Both the position numbers and the translations under genes were made by a program. 64,000 bases of DNA from Eledone cirrhosa (Eukaryota): the NCBI GenBank assembly GCA_964016885.1, contig OZ024743.1:201562001-201626000 (forward strand), in the 5' to 3' direction. Positions 52,463-64,000 of this stretch are shown piece after piece; within the stretch, counting starts at the first letter, position 1, and every line of letters starts with the position of its first letter. The notes under the pieces were generated by a model that was given only the letters and a program-made list of their open reading frames with translations, made no database searches and was not told where the DNA came from.

Positions 52463-53671
52463 AAAGTATGCTGTGAAAATTTGAAGTAATCTAAATTAAA
52501 GGGTTTAATTGTTAATGTCATGCAGGTATAGTGTTTTAATAATGCCTTGCCAATAATGCAGTTCTACATGGTACAGGACGTTAGCAGCTAATAAACAAAA
52601 CAACATTGAAACAAATACATGCTCTAATAAACAAAACCCAAGGAGAGAACAGTTCATCTGAAAAGTTGCATTGATTTTCTAATGTTTTTATTTTTGTTGA
52701 GTTGATCTTTCTTTCTCTTCAGTTTTGCATCATTTCTACATTTCTTTATTTATTCCTTACCTGTAAATTTATTTTACTCAGCAGGTGTAAAAAAAAAATA
52801 TAACAGAGGGGCTTGGGAAGAGATTCTATGTGTAGTTTATATATATACATGTTTATATATATATATGTTTATATATATATGTTTATATATATATATATGT
52901 TATTTTTCATTTTCTTTCTCTTATTTAAATGACTGTCGATATGAATTTTAATGCATCAGACTGCATTACTGCAGTGTAGCTGTGCAATGCAATCAAGTTG
53001 CCTCAATATATCGGTTACGTTCGAAATATCACAGACCCCTTGCTGGGTTCAAATTAGAAAACTGTCTGTCTAGTTGATGCTATTCACAAGCAGTGTCTTT
53101 TAAAACAGAGGCAGATGCTAATTCTTCCTTCTTCTATGATAAAAGCATTCTTTCAGGATATTTTAGTTGATTTTTATTCATGCTTTTTGCTTTTTTTTCA
53201 TTTTAGAAATACTTTGTTTTTTTATTATTATTAATATTATTATTATTATTTTTTGTGTGTTTTATTTCCGCTCATCTTTTTGGAGTTCCCGCAAATGATA
53301 CCAACTGGAAATTTACAATCGATTCTTCAAGGAATCAGCAAATTTTCAACATACACTTTGTCTGGAGATCTTTTATTTCAGATTTATTTTAGGAACAAGT
53401 AAAAGCCACCTGTTATTATTATCATTATTATTTTTTTTTAAGGTTTTAAATCTTTATGTTTTTACAGTATGCTTTTGTTGGAGGTTTTCTCATGATGTTA
53501 TTTTTATAGTTGTTGTAGTTATAGTTATATAAAGTCATTATGATCATTATTACTGTTGTTGTTATGTTGTTTTTCTGCTCTGAGCTTACTAATAACATAA
53601 AACTGGTAAATTTTCCATAACTTTTGTTCTGAAATATTTCTCCAATAGTGATTGCAAACACATAAAATATG

Positions 53672-53913
53672 TATATATATAAGTATAAAGAAAGTGCTCA
53701 AGTACAGAAATGTTATGAAGCTAGCTTAGAAAATAGGGTGAAGACCTTTAAAAGACGGAAAATATACCAGTATTTGGAAGATATCAGGTTCAATTCCTCA
53801 TAGCGGTCATTGGTAAATTTTTTTCTCCATTTTTTAAGGGACTTTACCCTATTTCATAAGCTATGTTTATAGCATTTCTGTGCTTGAGCTCTTTCTTTAT
53901 ACTTATATATATA
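53672..53913. repeat. Diverged foldback element (~90-bp arms) flanked by (TA)n
   Basis: AAGTATAAAGAAAGTGCTCAAGTACAGAAATG... versus ...CATTTCTGTGCTTGAGCTCTTTCTTTATACTT. Confidence 0.75.
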
Positions 53914-54211
53914 TATGTGTATATATATATATATATATAAATATAATTTCAGCGAGATCGTATTTCGCCGGTGGCCAAAACCAAGCGGAACGCAAATTTC
54001 GAGATATGCGGCAAGCACTCAATGGACTAAAAGAAAACTAGAGCAATTAACATACGTTATAGAGGCCAGACAAAATGAAAACGGTGGACGTGAACTATCA
54101 GCCACCTGAGCCCAAAAAACGAAGCAAGCTAAACAGGTTAACAAAAGAATTTATATATATATATATATTAGTTTTGCAAGGTTTTTGATATGAAATCGTG
54201 TGTCGAAACAA

Positions 54212-54528
54212 ATATTGTTATACTTGGGGAGGGTCATATTTGTGTAATATTGCGTAAGCATACAATGCAACGGGAGGAAACAATAGCACCACTCACGATG
54301 TTGCAGATGTGCAACGAAAGAACTTTGATAGACTATATATATGTGTTTGTATCTATATTGTATCTGTATTTTTGACCGTTGGTCAGTCAATGGCAACATT
54401 GAGGACCGAATAAATTAAATTAACCGATATAAAGGACACAGAAGTGAAAAGCGAAAACCAACCAAACAGTGAGTGTGTTCTGTTATTAATTCTGGCAATA
54501 TTACACAAATATGACCCTCCCCAAGTAT

Positions 54529-54536
<8 letters not shown>
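54212..54536. mobile_element. Element with perfect 42-bp terminal inverted repeats and a degenerate internal hammerhead (H6)
   Basis: Arms 54212-54253 and 54495-54536. Internal CTCACGA-t gttgca gatg tgcaac-GAAA-GAAC-TT at 54292-54325. Confidence 0.65.
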
Positions 54537-54569
<33 letters not shown>

Positions 54570-56601
54570 TTCTTAATGCTTCAAAAGCCGAAAATTCAGT
54601 TTTGTACCGTACATAAAATATATTGGGACTTGTAGAAACAAGTGTAGGTTTCTTTACAGAATAGTTGTTTGCTTTTAATTTTTATTGAAATACCTATTTA
54701 TATACCTGTTTATTTTTTTATTTAGTTAATTTTTATATTATATTTCTCTTTTCTTCTACAAACAAAACCTGGGTTAACTGTGTTTACAAATTTCTAAAAA
54801 CCTATATCTGCATAGAAGGAAAACTATGTGTTGATAGAAAAACAAACAAAACAAAATAATCAGTAGCTAAGAAAAAGGAATTATATGTATTGTATGGTCC
54901 TTTGTAATGTCACAATACCTGATATGAAACACACCTTCATAAAAATAACTCATACTAAGGTGTTTCCTTGTGTTATCTGTATTGTGTTTTGTCATATCCT
55001 ACATTGATATATAGTCTAGCTCAATTCATGCTAATATATGATTGTCTTAGACAAATCATATTGTTTATTTGCATTCACTATTGTTATAAATACCTGTGTT
55101 GGTTATGTTTTATTGTTTAGAGATAAGAGTAGGTATGGCTGTGTGATTAAAAAGGTTGTTTATTCACAAGAATTGTGCCTGAGATTTGATCCCACTGTGC
55201 AGCTTCCTAGTATTCTGCTATAGACCAGTGTTGACCCAATCCTACTCACCACTATTGGTACAGAGTTGGCTACACACAAGTATGAGCCTTGTGAGCTGGA
55301 ATGGCTCTTCCAGCGCATCTCCTTCACCATCCACCGGGGAAACACCCTCTCTATTCTGTCTGTTGGGGCTGCAGGGTGGCCAGCGCACAAAACCCCATTT
55401 GCTCATAATAGTGAGAGATGGAGATAGAGGGTGAGTGGGAGAGACAGAGGCAGTGACATTTGGAGTTTAGTTCCTTTGTGCTCAGACCAGGTGTATATGT
55501 CATCATCATCATTTCATTTTACGTCCACTTTTCCCTGCTTGCAAGGGTGGGACGGGAACTGATTCTGGTTTGATTTCTACAGCTGGATGCCCTTCCTAAC
55601 ACCAACCTCATTACAGTGAGTGCTGGGTGCTTTTTTGCCGTGGCACCTTACGACCACTTTGCAGTGGAAAATCTCATTTCTACAGCTGAGTAAACTGGAG
55701 CAATGTGAAATAAAGTGTCTCATGTAGATATAAATATTTACTGCACCAAATGTTACATTCAATACATTAGTAGAACTTCATACAAGTTACTTAACACAAG
55801 TCCTTAAATAAAATGTATATATATGTAGTTGAATGGTTTTCTGTTAAAGAGCTGAATGAAACCCAAAACTTGTGAGTGAAATTTAGTAAATGGAAACTGA
55901 AGGAACAAACTAGAAGCCTGTGTGTCAGTGGGTATTATCATCAGCAGCATTCTTAGCTTAGTTGGTCTCATAAGGGGACCCAAACAGATCAATTGGAGAT
56001 GGTTGCTTCTGATGTGAGCCTCCGTAAAATGGGTCTGAGCACTCTGCCTCAGCAACCTTGCTGGGAATCAGAAGAAGAAAGGAACAAGGAAACTGTGGAA
56101 GTCTGTGCATGTGTGCATTATCATCATTATGATCCTTTCATCCTTACGGGGTCGATAAAATAAAGTACCAGTAATGCACTGGGTAATTGTGCCAAAATGT
56201 AGAAACAATTATGATCCTTTTACATACCCTTTCCATGCTGACATGGGTTAAATGGCTCATCATGGTTCGGGTCAGTTCTTATATGGAGTTACTAACCTCT
56301 AGATGGGCTAGGAAAGACATCTGATTCATACATTCTATTGTGGGTCATGGTTACTATGTCTGGAAGTCTTTCTTAACACCTATCACTTTACAGAGTGTAC
56401 TTGGTGCACTTTCTTGTAGGACTAGCATTACAGATGTTGTGAGGACCACAACAAAACTAAAGGATTCTCTTGGTCCTACTTTGTAACCTTTCATTCATGA
56501 ACTACTTTACAGAGTGTACTGGGTGTATTTTATCCTGGCACCATGACAACAGCACAAGGGAATTTTCCTTGTACTCTAGAATACTAAAGAGTTCTCACTA
56601 C

Positions 56602-56830
56602 TTAACCCTTTATTATTTACATTACTCTATATATACTATTGTATTTTTGTGGTAAAGGCTTTATCTTACATAATTATCTCACATAATATCAAATCTATGA
56701 GATTCTGATGTCATTTATTTTGAGAACAATACCTTAACATAAGTATGAGCGGCCAGTTATAGCCAGTTTTAACAGAAAAAGGTGAGAGAGTTCTGGCCGG
56801 ATACAACCTGTTTAAATGCTAAAGGGTTAA
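56602..56830. mobile_element. piggyBac-like MITE
   Basis: TTAA-CCCTTTA...TAAAGGG-TTAA with both TTAA TSDs intact. Confidence 0.8.
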
Positions 56831-57849
56831 TGTTGTTGTCTCAGTTTATTGAAGGCATCTTGACTAAAACTGTGAATGGAAAAGAGAGAGAGAGAGGGAG
56901 AGAGAGAGAATGTGAGTAAGAGAGAGAGAGAATGAGAGAGAGAGAGAGAGAGAGAATGTGAGTAAGAGAGAGAGAATGAAAGGGAGAAAGTGAGTATGAG
57001 AGAGAGAGAGAGAGAATGTGAGTAAGAGAGAGAGAAAATGAAAGGGAGAAAGTGAGTATGAGAGAGAGAGAATTAGAGAGAGAGAAAGAGAGAAAGAGAG
57101 AAAGAGAGAGTATGTGTATATATGTGAGTGTATACATATGCTACACCCACAGTGAAGTTTGATGATTTTCTGCAAGTGAAAGGTGGTAAACAACTTTACC
57201 AAATGAAGTGAGATCATAGAGAAATAAAATTGAAGATAGTTGTAGTATTAGATATAATGCTTACACATTGCTTTTGTTTGTTTGTTTGTTTTTTCACCTA
57301 CACCACTACACTTACAAAACCATAAATTATATATTACAACATAGACATATGGCTACAGATTTGAAGTGAAGATGTTGCCAATTAAATAGATCTAAGTACT
57401 TATTTGGCATTTTAATGTTTTTGATTCTACACTGATAAAAGACCAAGTTAATCCTAACAGAATTTGAACTAAAAATGTAGTGAGTTGTATCTAAATCTAA
57501 TAAACCATTTTGTCAGACATTTTACCGATTTTGCTAATCTTTGTAAAATTGATTGCTGACATAGGCCCAATGTTACACAATTGGGAAGGAGCTGTGCAGA
57601 TAATTCTATTGACACCAGTTTTTGGCTGGTACTTTAAATCCACAATGTAAACGTGGTTGGTGTTAGGAAGGGCATCCAGCCGTAGAAAACCCGCCAGACA
57701 GTCCTGAGCAAGACAACCAATCTTGCCTCAAGTGGGACAATTCCCGTCCAGACCCATGCTAGCGTGGAAAATGGATGTTAAACGATGATGATGATGATGA
57801 TGATTAGAAGAAGTCTAAGTCTAAAGTCTGACTTAAGCCAGAAGGTTCA

Positions 57850-58073
57850 TTAGGCTGGTGATTATCCCGGTTTCATGACGTGAAGCAACTGAGAGTATAA
57901 GACTTCCCCTGGACAGGACGTCAGTCCATTGCAGGGTTAAACCCCCAGGCTATTGCTGGTACTCATTTTCAGCTGAGTATACTGGAGCAACCTGAAATGA
58001 AGAGTTGTGCTCAAGAACACAACATGCAACCCAGCCCAGGAAATGAGCCTTTACCACTAGGCCACATGCCTCC
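57850..58073 (-). mobile_element. CORE-like SINE (family D)
   Basis: GGAGGCATGTGGCCTAGTGG head and CTTGAGCACAAC..CATTTCA..TTGCTCCAGT core. Related copy at ~43105-43340(+). An RTE-type tail fragment lies at 57645-57803. Confidence 0.65.
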
Positions 58074-59597
58074 ATGATTAGAAGAAGGTAGGGGGAAATC
58101 ATTATCATTCCATTCACATCCACGATGATACATTTTAGAAATATAAATTATCTCCAGTACTTGACTGATACTTTATTTTATCAACCCTTGGAATGATAAA
58201 AAGTGAAGTTGACCTCAGTGGTATGTGAACTTACTATGTAAAAATCCTAAATAAATACTGTAAAGACATTTTATCTAACACTTTAACTAGCTTGTCAATC
58301 CACTGTTCTTCCTGAAAAATTACCAAGTATTTTTGTTAGGTTGCACAATTCTATTCATGTCCCTCTAAATTAAAAGACTGCTGGTGTGATAAAATATATT
58401 TTGGAGAGTGCAGGATGATATATAAATTAGTTGTGGGCCACTGGCCTGTCTGAGTGCTCAGTAGGGTGTAGGAAAGTATATAATCAAGATACAGACCCCC
58501 CAACCTCACTGGCCCATCCTAGAGGTCAGTAGCTCTGCTTGAGTACTGACCTATTCTGTTGAATTGATGATAATGATGATGATAATGTTAGAGTGTGGAA
58601 AAAATAATTTGTCATATTTGTCTCGGTTCCCTGGAAAAAAAAGATCTTATGGTCATTGTTAGAACACCTCTCATAATAGATTTATTCAATGAAGAATGAC
58701 CTGAGAGTAATAAATAACATCAACATAGTTGTTAGGCATACTACATATTGCAGCTAAGTCTCCCTCAAATCACATTCTGCCTTCTTAGAAAAAAAAAGGG
58801 TACATTAGATAATTCATAAGTTAAAAGGTACAGTCTAACAGTTCATTGTGCTGGATTTTATAACCATTTCATTAGCATTTAAGTGACTGAAAGTTAAGGA
58901 TGCTAGTTCATTGAAGGGCCACCCATCCAGTTATTACTGGTAGTCATTTTCAGTGGTATGGATTGGAACAATCTGAAATGCAGTGTTTTGCTCAAGAAAA
59001 AGATGTACCACACAGTAAAACATTTGAACCCTTGGAATTATAAATGTAAGCCCAATAATTAACTATAAGGCCACAGTTCTTGGATAAATTAGTTCCAGAT
59101 ATATTATTTGAAAAAATGATAAAGTCATGGCTGGAACGCTTTGCAATATATATTTACTCCCTTACTCACTGAGGACAGACCTGGGGATAATAAACTAAAT
59201 CAACAAAATAATTATACCATCATAACTGGTGCTTTTCAATGTGGAATAACTTTTCACTAAGTTGATAGCAGAAATAATTTAAAAGGTTAAACATTAATAA
59301 AGGTTAGTATGAAAAGGAAAAACTTTCCTTTAAATATTTACCTTTTGTATTTTTTTCAGCTGTTTTTATACTCTTTAATTTTATTTAGATATTTTTTCTT
59401 AAGATTCGTTTAAAGTATTTTAACTCACAAAAAGCAAAACAAATAAAATTCCTTGTAACAATATTAGAAAGGAATTCTTTCTGTTATACATATGTATTTA
59501 GTGTGGTGTGTGTTTGTGTGTGCATGTGTGTGTGGTGTGATGTGTGTGTGTGCATGTGTGTGGTGTGATGTGTGTATGTGCATGTGTATGCATATAC

Positions 59598-59681
<84 letters not shown>

Positions 59682-59825
59682 ATATATATATGCGTGTGTG
59701 TGTATAAGTATATATGTATACATATTTATTTTTTTACACATACATTATTTATATATTATATGGTAAATTAAAGAAAACCTATTACTAGAAATAGATATAT
59801 GAATGGGTATATTTATGCACAAAGC

Positions 59826-59856
<31 letters not shown>

Positions 59857-60437
59857 GAATATACATGTCTATAAACATATATATTTGAATGGGAATATAT
59901 ATGTATATATCAATACAAACATACATATATACCTATGTACCTTCTTACTTACTTACATATCACATACATACATACATGCATGCATACTTACATACTATGT
60001 ATGTATAAGTAGATATGTATTGTAAAATCAGGAAATGCAGTGAATGAAATATTTTCATGCAGTATTCTTGCAGATAGGAAATTTGCCAAATATATAAAAA
60101 GAAATCAAGCTTAATGCCATAATTGAGACTTATATGATTCTTTGGAGTATATTTTCAATGAATATGAATAATTCCTTGCTGATAGCTATATAAAGTGTCA
60201 TTAATTTCAGCTCTTTAAATAGAACTGAATGAGATTTAAGCAGTCTTTGAGAATGGGTAAATTGCAAACAATATGGTAACTGTAACAATCTAAAAAATAT
60301 ATTAGTAAAGTTTAGAAGTTTAGCAGAAAGGGTGACAAATTTATGTGGGTATATATGTATGTACATCCCCCAATACGCACACACACACGCACAAACACAC
60401 ACATACAAATACACATATGCATGTATATATATCCACC

Positions 60438-60468
<31 letters not shown>

Positions 60469-60507
60469 GGAATAGATTTATAGATAGGAACATATATGTA
60501 TATGGAA

Positions 60508-60548
<41 letters not shown>

Positions 60549-60552
60549 TGTG

Positions 60553-60595
<43 letters not shown>

Positions 60596-60700
60596 GTATA
60601 TATAAATGTATTTATATATATGTGTGTGAGTGTGTTTACATGCATGTATGTATATATAATTATGTATTTGCATATAATGTCTATTTGTGTCTAAATAAAG

Positions 60701-60763
<63 letters not shown>

Positions 60764-60993
60764 TATGTCTGTATTTTAAATGTGTTTATTCATTATTTTT
60801 TTAGTAAAAAATTGTTTAGAAAATACATTTTTATCAACAATTTAGTAAAAATTAAACAACAATAGCATTACACATATAAATACACAGATAAGCATACACA
60901 TACTGAAAAACACGTAAGTATATATATATAGAGAGAGATACATAGATATAGTTATATATATATATATATATAGAGAGAGATACATAGATATAG

Positions 60994-61073
<80 letters not shown>

Positions 61074-61326
61074 TTATATGCTTGTGTATGTGTGTAAATA
61101 TGTTTATGATGTACTTACATGAATACGTACAAATAAATATAAAGAAATATATATTAATAAAAGTGTAGACAACGTATCCTTATATACTCACATTTATTTA
61201 TGTAATAATGTAATATTATATCAATATTCAAAGACAAACCCACAAACATGAAAGCATAAATATATACAGACATCATCATCATCATCATTATATAATGTGT
61301 TCTCCTTGCTATAACTATCTATGTAT

Positions 61327-61359
<33 letters not shown>

Positions 61360-61402
61360 CATACACATAATACTTATAGATGTATGTATAAGGTTATATA
61401 TA

Positions 61403-61478
<76 letters not shown>

Positions 61479-61812
61479 CATATAATATATGAAATAATTA
61501 TATATAGATATATATACAAATATTCACACTTTGCCAAAATGTATTATTGGTGACAACGGGTAAAAAAATTCTATAATAGTTTTCTATTTTTTTCTTTTTG
61601 GGAAGCAACATAAGGGGCAAGAATTGATTTTGTCTTTTTTTTCTGATTTTTGAAATCTGTCCAAGAAAAGGATAACTGAATATAACAAGTGAAGAGATGT
61701 GTGCTTCACAAAGATTGTTTTTTTTTCTGTGTATGTATATATGGATTTTTTTATATGAAGGTTTTTATGTTATATATATATATATAATGAATAAATAATA
61801 TGTAAGTATACA

Positions 61813-61848
<36 letters not shown>

Positions 61849-61863
61849 TGTATGTATGTATAC

Positions 61864-62768
61864 ACCTGCAACCCTGATGGTATCCAATGATGTTGACTTG
61901 TTCTTCTTTTTGGTAAATATCATCTTGGTTAAGAGAGTGGGACTGGCTTTGTGCAGTGCCTTTGCTCACTATAAAAGCTTCACGGCACGGCCATTGCTTT
62001 ATATCTGGAGATCTCTCTGCACTTGTCGTCACATGGTACCATGGGCCCAGCACTATGTGTCAGTAATTGTCACAAGTGTAGTGTTTGTACCAGAGTTTTC
62101 AAGTCGCTGGCTGGACTAAAAAGTCACACTTGTTCAGTGCATCGGTAGGGGTTCTCCTACATGGATATAAAGTAGTGGTCATACTCGAAAATGAGTTGGC
62201 AGCCACCATGTATCTATGTATGTATGTATGTATGTATGTATGTATGTATGTGTGTATGTATCTATGTGTGTATGTATGTATGTATGTATGTATCTATGTA
62301 TATGGCGGAAGAACTCATAAGGGGCAATGGCCATCCAAAAGTGTGTAAATATGTATATGCACATGTACATGTATGTGTATATGTGTATGTACATGGGAGC
62401 ATGTGTATGTATATGTGCGGGGACATAGAAATAGTCGGGCTGGACACCCGATTGCGCGGTTAAACCACTGGGAGTGAAGGACCCCTAGCCTTTGTCAGGG
62501 CATTCTTCTAGGAGAAGACAACTCAGGAAACTGGGATAACTCCGATATAAAACCTGCGGCTCAGTAGTTACCGATAATGTTGATCTTTTCTTCTTTTCGG
62601 GTTATAGCTACTGTCGCTCAGAGAGTGGGATTGGCTCAGTGCACAGTCTTTCCACACTTTAAAAAATATCTTCACGCACAGGCATTGCTCGATAGAATTA
62701 ATTAATTATTAATAATAATGGTATATCGTGCAATGGCCATACTCGATAATGAGGGGGCAGCCATCATG
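61864..62768 (+). mobile_element. Two related retroposon fragments ending in (TATG)n
   Basis: Shared GATGTTGA...TTCTTCTTTT...AGAGAGTGGGA.TGGCT..GTGCA and CATACTCGA.AATGAG..GGCAGCCA.CATG termini. The first copy encodes CSVCTRVFKSLAGLKSH, similar to an RTE C-terminal zinc finger. Confidence 0.55.
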
Positions 62769-62872
62769 TATGTATGTATGTATGTATCGATCCTTGCATA
62801 CAGGGAAAGCACATAAATTATATATATATATAGTGTATGTGTGTGTGTGTGTCTTTTATATAATTATGAATT

Positions 62873-62907
<35 letters not shown>

Positions 62908-62909
62908 AT

Positions 62910-63185
62910 GTCATCCTCATCATCATCATCTTCGTTTAACGTCCATTTTCCACGCTAGCATGGGTTAGACGGGAGTTTTCCCACTTGGGGCAAGGTTGGT
63001 CGGGTGACCGTGTCTCGCTCATATAGGACTATCTGGCAGGTTTTCTATGGCCGGATGCCCTCCCTAACACCAACCACATTTACAGTGTGGAACTGGGAAC
63101 TTTTTACCGTGTTACCTACATGGCCACATTACAGCATGGACTGTGTGTTTTTTTTGTTTGATGTGACAGCTACACGATCTCGATC
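62910..63185 (-). mobile_element. RTE 3' UTR fragment
   Basis: Matches the 3' UTR at 35241-35500 and 41620-41881. Confidence 0.75.
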
Positions 63186-64000
63186 TCAATCTCATTATCT
63201 CATTTATTTGGACTGGATCTTGTGGTACCAACTTTACAGAGAGAGGGTGGTGTTAGTCGGAGTTGGTGGATAGGGTAGCAGTAGTGGATTTGGGTGTAGT
63301 GGATTTAGCATTTACATTACTCTATATATACTATTATATTTTCATGGTAAAAGCTTTACCTTACATACTTATATCTCACAATATCGAATCTACAAGATGT
63401 TGATGTTATTTATTTTGAGTTCATTAGTATGAGCAGCCAGGTACAGCCAGTTTGAACAGAACAAAATTATATATATATGAATATGTATATATAAATATAT
63501 AAATGTATCTCTCTCTCTATATATATCTCTATCTATCTATCTATATATCTATCTATATCTATATCTATATATATATATATACATTCAGTAGCAGCACAGG
63601 GAATTCCACTTAATTAAACATTTATTGTGCACCCTATTCAGTGCAACCCCTTTGGCATAGTTGTTTGCAGTTTTTTACATTTTAATTATGGAAATTACTC
63701 TTGGTCAAATATATTGTCAACACTTTATATATATGTTATTCTTTATATCTGTTGGTGAACAAACGTTGATAAAATATTGGTTCAAATCTTCTTGAAGATG
63801 CTGTGGTGGGCTGTTTCAATTAACTACATCTCTGCTTAATACTGTTACATGTCCTCTCTTTGCTTAATTAAATTGGGGGTGGGGGTCACTATTTTAGAGA
63901 TAATAATGGTCAGATTAAATTAAATTAAACCACTAGAAATAATGCGTTGGTGCTAAGTCGTATAATTTATATAAAAAAAATGTAATTATTTCTAGCCATC

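Noticed and set aside
53770-53812. Degenerate hammerhead in the spacer of the 53672 foldback (CTATGA-GG..CCT-GATA on minus)
   Set aside because: Two core lesions and no stem I/III; not supportable.

Overview
AT-rich, microsatellite-saturated eukaryotic non-coding DNA. The SINE/LINE complement points to a coleoid cephalopod, probably an octopod (inference). No host gene can be identified with confidence; only weak candidate terminal exons are visible. Most ORF-track entries are (TA)n/(CA)n artefacts. Real coding relics all come from transposons: a near full-length L1/Tx1-type LINE (16136-22070) preceded by a 5'-truncated tandem copy, a long intact RTE LINE ORF with a PHD-like finger (35634-38297, minus) and an inverted partial sister copy, further RTE and R4/Dong fragments, a Penelope-like RT relic and a Chapaev3-like transposase relic. 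There are also several tRNA-derived SINE families and piggyBac-like and hAT-like MITEs. The most striking signal is a set of short non-coding elements next to (TA)n tracts that carry minimal type-I hammerhead ribozyme folds. At least six sequence families are present, several arranged as head-to-head foldbacks. One is a circularly permuted ~426-bp tandem unit plus its inversion (38657-39692), the structure expected of a retrozyme/circRNA-type Penelope parasite. All structures were read by eye; no folding, alignment or database search was run.
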